In this document: positions 50,752 through 60,441 of the stretch, piece by piece | How positions within the stretch are numbered: the first letter of the stretch is position 1 | Layout: each line of letters opens with the position of its first letter | NCBI GenBank assembly: GCA_944322285.1 | Contig: CALUOR010000006.1 | Span: 17,164-81,163 of the forward strand | Direction: 5' to 3' | Length of the DNA: 64,000 bases | DNA from: an uncultured Bacteroides sp. | GTDB lineage: Bacteria > Bacteroidota > Bacteroidia > Bacteroidales > Bacteroidaceae | The notes under the pieces: model-generated | What the model was told of the DNA's origin: nothing | The model's input: the letters and a program-made list of their open reading frames with translations, nothing else | Database searches by the model: none | Made by a program: the position numbers and the translations under genes

Positions 50752-51606
50752 TTAAAATGAATATTTTACATCATCGTATGTCAATAGACCGGCTCCTCCA
50801 GTCATGTAAATTATGTCTCCCATGACAGAGCGTCCCATATCGCTTACTAGAAATACTGCCATATTCGCGATTTCTTCGGGGGTAATATAACGTCCTAAAG
50901 GCAGTCTCTCTAAATAAATATTGTCAGAACTGCCTTTGTGCATCATTGGTGTTGCTGTAGGACCTGGTGCTATACCGTTTACTGTTATTCCTTCTTGTCC
51001 TAATACTTTTGCTAATCCTAAAGTAAGAGCACGTAGTCCCCATTTGCTTAATGTATAGGGTGAGTTAGCTGGGCGTAAACTTGATGCGGATGCTATGTTC
51101 AGAATATTCCCTTTAATATGATTTTCTTTCCAATACTTGCCGAATAATTGAGAAAGAAAATACGTTGCTTTTAGATTCGTGTCAAGTACTTTATCAAAAT
51201 CCTCTTCTGTTGCGTTTGGCATAGATGGACAATTAACCCCTGCATTGTTAACAAGAATGTCTATAGAATTAGAGTTTTTAGATAAGAGCTTGTAAAGAGT
51301 TGGTTGAAAAGAGTTGATTTGTGTATTGTTTAATACTGTTCCAGAAATATTCCCATATTTTTCTAATTGTTTGACTGTTGAGTTTATACGTTCTTTGTCC
51401 CGGCTTGTTATAATTACGGATGCGCCAGCTTTTAAAAAAGCTTCCGAAATGGAATAACCAATTCCGCTGGTCCCTCCTGTAATTAATGCGAGACGGTTTT
51501 TTAGTAAATCAGATGACGGTAGTGTTGTTATATTTGCTATCACTTTTTGTTCGCCGTGCACGAGATAGGATATTCCTTGAAATATTTTTTTTATTATTTT
51601 TTGCAT
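50752..51606 (-). CDS. SDR family oxidoreductase
   Basis: TGGTSGIG, NNAG, YTLSK (YxxxK), PGPTAT. Confidence 0.92.
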   Translation of the reverse strand: MQKIIKKIFQGISYLVHGEQKVIANITTLPSSDLLKNRLALITGGTSGIGYSISEAFLKAGASVIITSRDKERINSTVKQLEKYGNISGTVLNNTQINSFQPTLYKLLSKNSNSIDILVNNAGVNCPSMPNATEEDFDKVLDTNLKATYFLSQLFGKYWKENHIKGNILNIASASSLRPANSPYTLSKWGLRALTLGLAKVLGQEGITVNGIAPGPTATPMMHKGSSDNIYLERLPLGRYITPEEIANMAVFLVSDMGRSVMGDIIYMTGGAGLLTYDDVKYSF

Positions 51607-51666
51607 TTGAAATCTTATTAAGGCATTATTGTATTTACATGGATGTTCGGATTTATGTGTTGAGTC

Positions 51667-52599
51667 TTAGATGTGAAATATTTTACAGGTTCTACGATAC
51701 CAAATAAATAATTTATCGAAATACGTTAAATGTATACTTTTAGATATAGCCTCGCTTAAGATCTTGTCTTCTATTATGTATTGAGGATGTTTAAGTGGGA
51801 ATGTGTATTCAAATGTTTTTTTATTATATAATTTTTTTGCAGTTGGTGGTAAATCTTTGAGTGGTGTTGTATTATGTACAGCATCCGGTGTGAGTCCGAT
51901 ATTGGATATCATGTTTTTTGTAGGTATGATTACCAATTGGTTGTTAAGTAAGCGTTCCATTCTATTGATGGATTCATAGTGCTCTTTCCCTGAAGCTAAA
52001 TGTTTTCGGACAGTGTTTTCCAATGATTGAGGAAAATCACCATTATATTTTAGTGTGTTCACGGCATATTTATTATTTAAAAAAGAATAAGTAGAATCCC
52101 ACATGTCAATAGTGCGTTTCCAGGTAGCCCATCCCCAAATAGGTCCGTGTTTGGAGAAAAAATAGTCAACTTCTAAATTAACCTGATCTAAGTGACACAT
52201 ACCAGCAATCATGCTGATGCGTAAATCATGTTCATATTTATCTAATAGCTCTTTGCAAAAAAAGAAAAAACTTTGAGAAGGCACATCATCGTCTTCAAGA
52301 ATAATTCCTTTGTCAACTATTGAAAACATCCATTTTTGTGAAATATATTCAGATGGATCACATCCGTAATTTTTTTCTTGATACATTTTGTATATTTCGC
52401 ATTCCCAATCGATATCTTCAACGATTCTACGGCATGCATTAATTCCATCCATATCGTTTTTCCCTGCTCTTGGACCATCTTGATAAAGGAATAACTTACT
52501 TGGACGAGCTTTTTTTATTTGTTCAAAAACAAGAGCGGTTTGTTGTGGGCGTGTAAAAAAAAGTAATAATACAGCCACATCGATTTTAGCAGGATACAT
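51667..52599 (-). CDS. GT-A fold nucleotide-diphospho-sugar transferase
   Basis: LLFFTRP, YQDGPR, NYGC, IILEDD, WGWATW. Confidence 0.8.
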   Translation of the reverse strand: MYPAKIDVAVLLLFFTRPQQTALVFEQIKKARPSKLFLYQDGPRAGKNDMDGINACRRIVEDIDWECEIYKMYQEKNYGCDPSEYISQKWMFSIVDKGIILEDDDVPSQSFFFFCKELLDKYEHDLRISMIAGMCHLDQVNLEVDYFFSKHGPIWGWATWKRTIDMWDSTYSFLNNKYAVNTLKYNGDFPQSLENTVRKHLASGKEHYESINRMERLLNNQLVIIPTKNMISNIGLTPDAVHNTTPLKDLPPTAKKLYNKKTFEYTFPLKHPQYIIEDKILSEAISKSIHLTYFDKLFIWYRRTCKIFHI

Positions 52600-52669
52600 A
52601 TTTAATGAAAATAAAGATTATATGTCGTTTTGAATTTAATGGTATATGTTAACATAAATGTAATAATCA

Positions 52670-54196
52670 CTATTTATGTCTGATGTATTTTCTTAAAGCT
52701 TGCGTAGCATATTCGTGTTCTTTGGTATTTAAACCAATGAAATAGATTATAATTGATATTGAGAGTATTGAGATTAATGATTTTATAGTTATATTTAAAA
52801 TGATATTATCTAATTTGATGTTATAATATAATAGAATAGATATGCATGAGGCTATAACAGATACTTTAATTGCTGGTATAATAGTTTCTTTAATATATTC
52901 GGAACAAGTGAATTCCGTTTGTTTTTTTAGTATGTAACAATGGAATATAATGATGCAGATAGAGAGAAGGATATTTACGATTGTTATGGAATATATTGTT
53001 GCATCGTGTGAGTATAGTATATAGGCAATAGGTAATAGTGTAAATAGAATTAGACTATAACCAATTTGATTATTGCGAATTTTACCGGTCGCTTGAATCA
53101 TAGTGTCAAATCCACATTCTAAAGTATAGACTAGTGCATTGATAAGCATAAAGAATATAAACCCATTTGTATAAGGAGGTGGGGTCTTTAGCCAAAGTAT
53201 CAGTATCTCATTGAGTGATGTAAATAGTGTTGCCGTGACAATAAGCATTATGAAAAATGAGAGTTTACTGATTGTATACACAAGATGGAGAGAACGCTTC
53301 TGATTTCCACTTCCATAATTTTTCATGATTTGTGGGACTGTTGCTTGTGCTAGGCTTCGAACGAACATTTGAACGTATCCGTTTACTTGGGTTGCAATAC
53401 TATAAGCTGCATTCATGACAGTGCTAAAAAATAGATTGATAATGACCGATGATCCTTGTGATTGTCCGATACAGGCTGCTGAACCAAACATAGTCCATCC
53501 ACAATAGCTTAATATTTTTTTATAATCTTCCTTATAAGGATTAATGCGAAATTTCACAATACTCCGTTCTTTAATTTGGCAGTAAATGGTATTGCTAATG
53601 GGTATGATTAAATTAAATATGAACATGATTATAGCAAACATTTTTAATCTATTACCCATATAGTATGCAAGAAGAATTACCATAATAAGTTTTAGAATAG
53701 CCCTTCCGATTTCAAAGATGGCAGAAAATAAAAAGTTTTCTTTTGCAATTAATAATCCGTTGCTAGGAACAGCTATTACAGAGAATGCACATGCTATTAG
53801 ACTCCAATGTAAAACGAATAGTGCATCTGGGATTTTGTCACTGTCAATATTTAAAAGATTGTTAATATACCAACAGCCTATAGTTTCTCCTATTACGATT
53901 AGGAGTAAAGCAAGACTTATATGTATAATAAATACGGTATTGTATATTTTGTTTGGATCTCCTATGGCTCCTTTCCCGATTTCTATAGCAAGAAATCGAT
54001 ATGATGTGGATGTCATCGTTGTTCCAAAAAAATTCATGAGCGATACGATACCTCCAACAACAGCATACAGTCCATAGTCAGATGCCCCTAATGCTAACAA
54101 AATAATACGACTTGTATATAAACCAATTAGTACACTGAATACTAGTTTGATATATAATATAGCAGTATTAATTATAATTCTCTTATTGTCATTCAT
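52670..54196 (-). CDS. wzx: Polysaccharide flippase (MOP family)
   Basis: More than 12 TM helices, NKRIIINT...YTSRIILLALGASDYGLY. Confidence 0.88.
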   Translation of the reverse strand: MNDNKRIIINTAILYIKLVFSVLIGLYTSRIILLALGASDYGLYAVVGGIVSLMNFFGTTMTSTSYRFLAIEIGKGAIGDPNKIYNTVFIIHISLALLLIVIGETIGCWYINNLLNIDSDKIPDALFVLHWSLIACAFSVIAVPSNGLLIAKENFLFSAIFEIGRAILKLIMVILLAYYMGNRLKMFAIIMFIFNLIIPISNTIYCQIKERSIVKFRINPYKEDYKKILSYCGWTMFGSAACIGQSQGSSVIINLFFSTVMNAAYSIATQVNGYVQMFVRSLAQATVPQIMKNYGSGNQKRSLHLVYTISKLSFFIMLIVTATLFTSLNEILILWLKTPPPYTNGFIFFMLINALVYTLECGFDTMIQATGKIRNNQIGYSLILFTLLPIAYILYSHDATIYSITIVNILLSICIIIFHCYILKKQTEFTCSEYIKETIIPAIKVSVIASCISILLYYNIKLDNIILNITIKSLISILSISIIIYFIGLNTKEHEYATQALRKYIRHK

Positions 54197-54242
54197 AATA
54201 TTATTGTCATATCTTCTTGGTAATTTATGTGTGTGAATTTTT

Positions 54243-54823
54243 GTAAGTACTCAATTTAGAGCATTCTCTTTTGGAAGGGCGCTAAGTAGTGTCCTAAACC
54301 GAGTTGTGCTGTAAGTACTCAATTTAGGGCATCCTCCGTTGAAAGGTCACTAAGCAGTTCCCTAAATCGAGCTATGTTAAAAATTAGTTTTGAAAATTAA
54401 CACAGGTTTGTAGCCAAAGCGATTCTTGCCGGAATCCTATTTGCATAGTCCCTGCATTAGTTAAAGATTTTTTTGAAAAAAGTCCCGATGAAATTCCAAA
54501 CGGAACTGCCGTGAAGTTTCACCGTACTTATTATACTGTGATAAGTGGCTGCCATTTCCGCCCTGTCGACTCCTTCAACAGGAAACCGTCCATTTTGACT
54601 TTAACTACTTTTTTATGCGTATCCTTAAACCATTTCTGAAAGATGTTATAAGGAACCTTGTTCTTCAAACAAAAGGACTGGAGGGATTCCCCATGAGGCA
54701 AAGCCTCACTCTGGTACTGAAAGTAAAACCTTTCAAGATCTTCACTGCTATACATGATTTTTTAAATTTTGATTCGCAGCGAAGGTAGGGATTTATATCA
54801 ATAGCCATTTTTTGACTGCTTAC
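54243..54823 (-). mobile_element. Internally deleted IS66-family element with a duplicated right end
   Basis: Left end GTAAGCAGTCAA at 54823; right ends GTAAGTACTCAA at 54311 and 54243. TnpA-like start MYSSEDLERFYFQYQ (54755) is joined to a TnpC-like tail in another frame (AEMAATYHSIISTVKLHGSSVWNFIGTFFKKIFN*CRDY...). Confidence 0.75.
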
Positions 54824-54958
54824 AGACTAAATGTTATTAGAACAATCTCTAATCTTTGAAGAGAAATTCCATATAGGAGTAACTAACAGATCTATTTTGT
54901 AATGACTACCTCGGCAATAAATACAAAATGACTTACTATTTGTACACTACTGTTATAA

Positions 54959-56980
54959 TCAGTCCAGTTCATTGATAATATCATCAATAGAAACTTCTTT
55001 TAGTGTTGGAAACGGATTCTTGTTTCTGTATTCTTCTTCAAGTTTTGATTTATATTCATTTTTAGCCCTCTTATTAAATATGAAAATATAAGCGTTTTTA
55101 ATAGGAGTATGGTCTATAAGTGGCCTTATAAAAGGAACAATTATCATAATAGATGCTATAGATACGCTAATCCATTTGATTTTGTCAAAGAAAGAAAGTA
55201 AGATAAGCACAATGATAGCAAAAGAATATAAGAAAACAATCTTCCAACATTTATACAGCTTCTTTTTATATTCTGAGGCAATCCAATGTGATTCTTTGAG
55301 GCTGTATTCTTCTTTCTTCCTTTCAAAGATTTCTTTGTTTTCTTGATTCTGCTTTTCGGCCAATTTTAAGGCTATTCTTTGCATTTTTTGATCTCGTTGA
55401 GATATTTCTCCTTTTAATTGTTCTGTGTCTTTGCGGTGTTTTTCTGTTTCTTGATGCTTCTCTGCAATGTATCTGTCGATTTCATCAATACCAATAATAT
55501 TGATATAAGTATCTCCGTTTGATTGATTTATATCTTCTGGTCTAATAGCTAATTGGCGCAGTGCTGCTATTTTGCGTTTTAAATCTTCGGTACTAGCTTC
55601 TTCTTTTTCGAGTTCATCAAAATAGAGTCCTACAACATCATTTACTAATGCAGAAAGTGCGATTTGTGCTTTGGTAATGATGTCAAATGAGTGTAAATTC
55701 ATTTCAGCGCTAAGTCCCTTATTTAGTAAAAGCCAGAATCGATTGGTTAAAAAATCCAAATCTGTTACTAAGGGGACACAACTAGGCCGATATATGTCTT
55801 TGTGATGTGCTAATTTAAAAGTCAGCTTGTTTGCGGAAACTAGTATATGTCCGATGTTGTGAAATACTTTTTGACTTTTACTTCCTCGTTTGATACTGAT
55901 GTAATTTAATAGCTTAAGCTTTTTGAGTATGTCGTCTTCAGTATAATCATTGATTAATTCATCCAGGACAGTGTTGTGCTCGATGGAGAACTGCATGTTT
56001 TCTTTATCATAATAAGCTTCTTGAGCGTCTAGCATTATGCCATGTTCTCTAAGCTTATTATAAAATTCTGCTTGCATTTCTTTCACTTGATAGGCAGATT
56101 TACATAAAGTGACGATATATGTCATAGCTTGTTTGGATGGATTTAACTGCTGTTTATAACATACGATGTCTTCTGCCGCAGCAAAATAGTTATCCACTTC
56201 TATTTTAGTTTCTGTGAAATATCGGAATTGAATAATTTTTTTGCGAGCACGGTTATTTATTTGAGTAATTAAATCATAAAATTCATCAAATAATGTTTTG
56301 TACAATGTGCCATTGTAGCCTAACATACTGAATAAGATGTCAGTATCTAAATAGATATAAAGAGGTGTATCTATTTCATCAATGATATGATATTCTGTAT
56401 TGTAGGTAAGCCCAACATAAATAATCATTCCTTGTCTGATTCTGTTGAGTTGATTCATCAGTCGTTCATTATGACCAATGGAAACAATAAATCCACTTAT
56501 GATTGCTCCATATTCAGGTGATACTGCTTTTTCGTCTATCACAAAAGAATAAAAGGCTCTTTTTAATGCTTCTTTTTGAGCCGGATTTTTCAATAAATCT
56601 GTATGCCTTGTTTTCACATAAGTCAATAGGGCTTCAGTTAGCACATTATTTTCATTTTGAGCTTGGGATAGATTGTTTTGTATAGATTGATACTCTTCCT
56701 GATTTAATTGAGTTGTTCTAGTATATTGTGTTCTATACTTATCCAGAAATTTCAATTGATTAACAGCTCGTTTTACTACGGCTTCAGGTAATTTGAATCC
56801 ATATTCTTCACAAATATATCCGATCATTTGTTGTAATTCAAAATGAGCTAAGTTCCTATTAATTATGATGAGTTTGATGAATTCTGAGATAATGGCATAA
56901 ATATCCTTTCTGCCGTCATATAAGGCTCGGAAAACAGCCAATGAGGCCATACATTTCTTTTTATTTGAAATTCTCTCCAT
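54959..56980 (-). CDS. Hypothetical protein: PIN-like domain, coiled coil and two C-terminal TM helices
   Basis: YIYLDTDILF...TKIEV PIN-like motif, charged coiled coil, hydrophobic pair near the C-terminus. Confidence 0.6.
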   Translation of the reverse strand: MERISNKKKCMASLAVFRALYDGRKDIYAIISEFIKLIIINRNLAHFELQQMIGYICEEYGFKLPEAVVKRAVNQLKFLDKYRTQYTRTTQLNQEEYQSIQNNLSQAQNENNVLTEALLTYVKTRHTDLLKNPAQKEALKRAFYSFVIDEKAVSPEYGAIISGFIVSIGHNERLMNQLNRIRQGMIIYVGLTYNTEYHIIDEIDTPLYIYLDTDILFSMLGYNGTLYKTLFDEFYDLITQINNRARKKIIQFRYFTETKIEVDNYFAAAEDIVCYKQQLNPSKQAMTYIVTLCKSAYQVKEMQAEFYNKLREHGIMLDAQEAYYDKENMQFSIEHNTVLDELINDYTEDDILKKLKLLNYISIKRGSKSQKVFHNIGHILVSANKLTFKLAHHKDIYRPSCVPLVTDLDFLTNRFWLLLNKGLSAEMNLHSFDIITKAQIALSALVNDVVGLYFDELEKEEASTEDLKRKIAALRQLAIRPEDINQSNGDTYINIIGIDEIDRYIAEKHQETEKHRKDTEQLKGEISQRDQKMQRIALKLAEKQNQENKEIFERKKEEYSLKESHWIASEYKKKLYKCWKIVFLYSFAIIVLILLSFFDKIKWISVSIASIMIIVPFIRPLIDHTPIKNAYIFIFNKRAKNEYKSKLEEEYRNKNPFPTLKEVSIDDIINELD

Positions 56981-57084
56981 ATAACAAAATTATCGCTTTT
57001 TATATACCATTTTTCAGCATATAAAATAGTTGCTGTAAAACGGTAGAACAAATCTCTTAATTTTAGAATTAAATGATTTTTTTA

Positions 57085-57414
57085 TCAGTCTCTCCTAAAC
57101 AAATCCCTCGTATAAACTTTCTCCTGCACATCGTCCAAACAAGCATCGTAGCGGTTGGCAATAATCGCCTGGCTTTGCGCTTTGAATGTTTCCAAATCAT
57201 TCACGACCTTACTGCCGAAGAAGGTGCTTCCATCTGGCAACGTGGGTTCATAAATAATCACTTCCGCTCCTTTCGCCTTGATGCGTTTCATCACGCTTTG
57301 GATACTCGATTGGCGGAAATTGTCGCTGTTCGACTTCATGGTCAGCCGATAGACGCCAATCACGCATTTCTTTTCTTCATTAGGGCTGAAATCACCTCGG
57401 TTATAGTAATCGTA
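57085..57414 (-). pseudogene. ugd: UDP-glucose 6-dehydrogenase, C-terminal fragment only
   Basis: YDYYNRG...[22 protein letters not shown]...[11 protein letters not shown]; the N-terminal catalytic domains are absent. Confidence 0.88.
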
Positions 57415-57467
57415 ACAAAGCGATTCTTGCCGGCATAGCTTGAAGCTGTTAATTTTTTGACCGTTTA

Positions 57468-58091
57468 CTATTGTTCGTCTAAGGATGCTTGTGTTATTGT
57501 TTGCTTAAGGAAGTCTTTAATTTCTTTCCATGTTACGTCCACAAACATCTTAGGCATGATTTGGTTTTCGGCATCTTCAAAGTAGGTCATACTCATAAGA
57601 GCACGAAATATAGAATATTCAGGGTATTTCTTTTTGTAGAAACTTAATATATCTTGCAGTGAAAAGTGTTGCAAGAGAAAATAGAGATCAATAAAATCTT
57701 TTTTTGAGCCTCTCCCTTCAATTGCATTCACTTTCATTGCCGCTATATCCTTTGGAGAAGCCAAAGTAATGGTTCCTTCTTTTATAGCCTCATCAATCCA
57801 TTGGTAAGGATAGTTGATGAAATCTACTTTTATACCATCAAGTAGATATACGTTTATGTTTTGCGATTCTTTAAGGACTGATAATGTTCCTATACGCTTT
57901 AGTTCTTCTTTCAGATTAAATGTGTCTTTGCTAATATTGCCAAAGAAATCCAAATCTACAGACATACGATGCCCATATTGGAGAGCCAATGCTGTTCCAT
58001 CCACCAATCTTACTTCTGAAAGGAAATCTTTTTCAGACAGCTTTTTTAAGAGTTCCAAAGTGTAGGGCTCGACTGTTTTGTATGATAACAT
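57468..58091 (-). CDS. AbiEii/AbiGii-family nucleotidyltransferase toxin
   Basis: [39 protein letters not shown]. Confidence 0.85.
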   Translation of the reverse strand: MLSYKTVEPYTLELLKKLSEKDFLSEVRLVDGTALALQYGHRMSVDLDFFGNISKDTFNLKEELKRIGTLSVLKESQNINVYLLDGIKVDFINYPYQWIDEAIKEGTITLASPKDIAAMKVNAIEGRGSKKDFIDLYFLLQHFSLQDILSFYKKKYPEYSIFRALMSMTYFEDAENQIMPKMFVDVTWKEIKDFLKQTITQASLDEQ

Positions 58092-58351
58092 CGGTATTCA
58101 GTTTTATCTGTATTCGAGATGCAGCAAATAAACGACAAGGCTTTAACGTCCATGGTTCTTAATGAGCGGCACACGTTCACAATCTTATCCAATCCATAAT
58201 AGGAAAGGATTAGTTTCCAGTCTTTCCATGTGCCGTATTCAAGAACGCGTTGAATGATTTGTGAAGGACATGTATCCATATCTGTCAATTCCCGATCCAT
58301 ATCCCAAAATAAGTAGGGGGATAATTGATTTATATAGTCTTTGGGCATCAT
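58046..58351 (-). CDS. DUF6922-like antitoxin partner
   Basis: LFWD...IIQRVLEYGTWKDW...YYG; overlaps the toxin start. Confidence 0.75.
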   Translation of the reverse strand: MMPKDYINQLSPYLFWDMDRELTDMDTCPSQIIQRVLEYGTWKDWKLILSYYGLDKIVNVCRSLRTMDVKALSFICCISNTDKTEYRCYHTKQSSPTLWNS

Positions 58352-58420
58352 ATTATCAAATTTTTCGGTAAAGATACAAACAATTTACCGAATAATACGC
58401 TCCTAACATAGAAAAGTAAA

Positions 58421-58450
58421 GTAACACTCGATTTAGGGCATCTCCCTTTG
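58421..58450. mobile_element. Isolated IS66-like right-end fragment
   Basis: GTAACACTCGATTTAGGGCATC resembles GTAAGTACTCAATTTAGGGCATC at 54311. Confidence 0.5.
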
Positions 58451-58457
58451 ATTTTGA

Positions 58458-58580
58458 TTAATAGGCATATTTAGTCAGAAACTCATCCGGGGTCATGACC
58501 GGAATATCGAAGAAACTGAAATCTTTTTTATTACGGGTGACGATGCAATCCGCTGATATTCTTTTGGCCGCACAGTATTG
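58458..58580 (-). pseudogene. C-terminal remnant of a PIN-domain (VapC-like) protein
   Basis: Manual translation QYCAAKRISADCIVTRNKKDFSFFDIPVMTPDEFLTKYAY*; no N-terminal part. Confidence 0.7.
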
Positions 58581-58636
58581 CCTCTGCCAAGTGTCGTGTT
58601 CATTTTTAAGGCCGTTTGTGATTCCTATCGTTGCAT

Positions 58637-59569
58637 CTATTGCAGCGTTGCAATCTCATCGGCTGAAAGTCCTGTCATTTGAGCGATCATGTCTGTCGGC
58701 ATACTGGCAGACTTCATATTCCGAGCTATGGCTAAGGCTTTTTCTTTTTCACCTTCCGCACGTCCTTCTGCTCTTCCTTCTTCACGTCCTTCCGCACGTC
58801 CTTCTTCACGCCCTTCCGCATATCCTTCTATTTTCCCTTCGCCACGAGCCGTAATAATATTGTCACGCAGAATCACCACATTGTCTAAATGGTGATAATA
58901 AGCGGCCAACTCTGATTTGCTCATATGCTCAATGCGGAGTTTTTCCCGCGCTTCTTTTAAACCGGGAGCTGTAGCGTCAGCGGGAATATCTCCTGTATTC
59001 AAGAAATAAATCCACTGCTCCAAAGGAACTTTTGACCATTTGTCGAAATCGTTCACTTTCAGGATATAATATTCCGGATAGAGATCGCTGACGGCATCTA
59101 CTTTAAATTTCTGACGTTGGAACGGGCTTAGGTTCAACAACTCTCCGTTGTGAATGCCTCTAAACTCTGTCTTTCCGTGATATACGACATCCGTTCCGTT
59201 ACCTAAATTAAAATAGACGATGTTTACACTGTAAATCTTGCGGACGTGGTCATAACCTTGTCCTCGGTTAATATACTCAGTAACTAATTTGGAGGTGCCA
59301 AACAGCATCCGTTGGAAATAAGCGAATTCCGTATTGTTCTGTATTTCGATGAGAAATAGTTCATTCTTATCGTTTTCCGCTAATAAGTCGACACGGTTCT
59401 GCTTATTGTCCTCATCCTCTTGGTTGCTTTCACTTTCCAACAACTTTTTAATCCTAACAGGTTCTTCAAGCAAGGTGGTAAGTAATCCTTCGAGCACTCC
59501 GAAATTGGCTTTGTCGCGCAACAGGCGTTTCATGGCCCAATCAAAACGAATGTATTTATCTTTCTCCAT
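58637..59569 (-). CDS. Rpn-family PD-(D/E)XK recombination-promoting nuclease / putative transposase
   Basis: IRFDWAMKRLL, NRVDLLAE...IEIQ, C-terminal EGRAEG repeats and IARNMK...TGLS. Confidence 0.9.
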   Translation of the reverse strand: MEKDKYIRFDWAMKRLLRDKANFGVLEGLLTTLLEEPVRIKKLLESESNQEDEDNKQNRVDLLAENDKNELFLIEIQNNTEFAYFQRMLFGTSKLVTEYINRGQGYDHVRKIYSVNIVYFNLGNGTDVVYHGKTEFRGIHNGELLNLSPFQRQKFKVDAVSDLYPEYYILKVNDFDKWSKVPLEQWIYFLNTGDIPADATAPGLKEAREKLRIEHMSKSELAAYYHHLDNVVILRDNIITARGEGKIEGYAEGREEGRAEGREEGRAEGRAEGEKEKALAIARNMKSASMPTDMIAQMTGLSADEIATLQ

Positions 59570-59681
59570 ATCTAAATTCAAATAATAACGCTTTGCAAAA
59601 TAACGGATTTATTTTGAATTTAGCAAGATTATTGCTTCATTCGTAAGCGTCATTACAATGAGATAGCGAGGACTCTGTAAG

Positions 59682-59759
59682 TATCCAAGGATACTTCGCC
59701 TTTTATCCAAGGATAATGGGGCATTTATCCAAGGATACTTAGCCTTTTATCCAAGGATT
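59682..59759. repeat. Four 22-bp-period repeats with core TATCCAAGGAT
   Basis: Core starts at 59682, 59704, 59726 and 59748. Confidence 0.85.
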
Positions 59760-60199
59760 GATTTTTCCCGCTTGTTTTTCTTGTAAGCAGCCCATGCATC
59801 ATCGATGTTGAGGCGCAGGTTGTCTATCCCTTTGCCCTTGCTGACTCCGGTGAGAAACGGGAGAATGACCCGGATGAACTTTTCCGTTGAAATAAGACGG
59901 CTGTCGAGTTTGGGGTTGTCGGCGCACATCAGGGCCACCGCTTCGCCCACTTCCCTTGCAGTCTTGCAGGCGGCAAGCGTGGCAATGTAGGCAGACAGCT
60001 CCTCCTTTTTGTCTATATAGAGGGAAAAACGTTTTTCATCCTCGGGATTCCATGTATGCGGTTGGAGAGGGTGGTCCGTCGGGTGGACTTCTTCGGCCGC
60101 ATAATAAAAATGCTGTTCGGCTTTGGTTGCGTTAGGCAATATCTGGTTGTTGCCTCCATATATATTAATATGGATGGTAGGGTATATTATTTCTTCCAT
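59747..60199 (-). CDS. Hypothetical protein
   Basis: 150-aa ORF from MEEIIY with INIYGGNNQILPNAT; divergent from the HU-like gene. Confidence 0.6.
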   Translation of the reverse strand: MEEIIYPTIHINIYGGNNQILPNATKAEQHFYYAAEEVHPTDHPLQPHTWNPEDEKRFSLYIDKKEELSAYIATLAACKTAREVGEAVALMCADNPKLDSRLISTEKFIRVILPFLTGVSKGKGIDNLRLNIDDAWAAYKKNKREKSILG

Positions 60200-60441
60200 A
60201 TTTAGTTCTATTTTCAATATTTCTTCCGCCGTTTTTCCGTCCTTTTTAAACGGTTTTTAAACGGCTTTCCGCCAACTTGTTTTCGCTTGTCGGACGCTAT
60301 ACCTTTGCACCGTCATCGGAAATGACGAGCGAAAATGAAGGATGAGGAAGCGATGCTTTCCCATGCATTTCCCGGGACATTTGAGTTCGACATTTCATGA
60401 AGACAAGTCAACATAATGTTTTACTTTAAATTAATAGAAGT

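Noticed and set aside
58750-58840. 12-bp tandem repeats in the Rpn gene
   Set aside because: They encode the EGRAEG repeats typical of this family.
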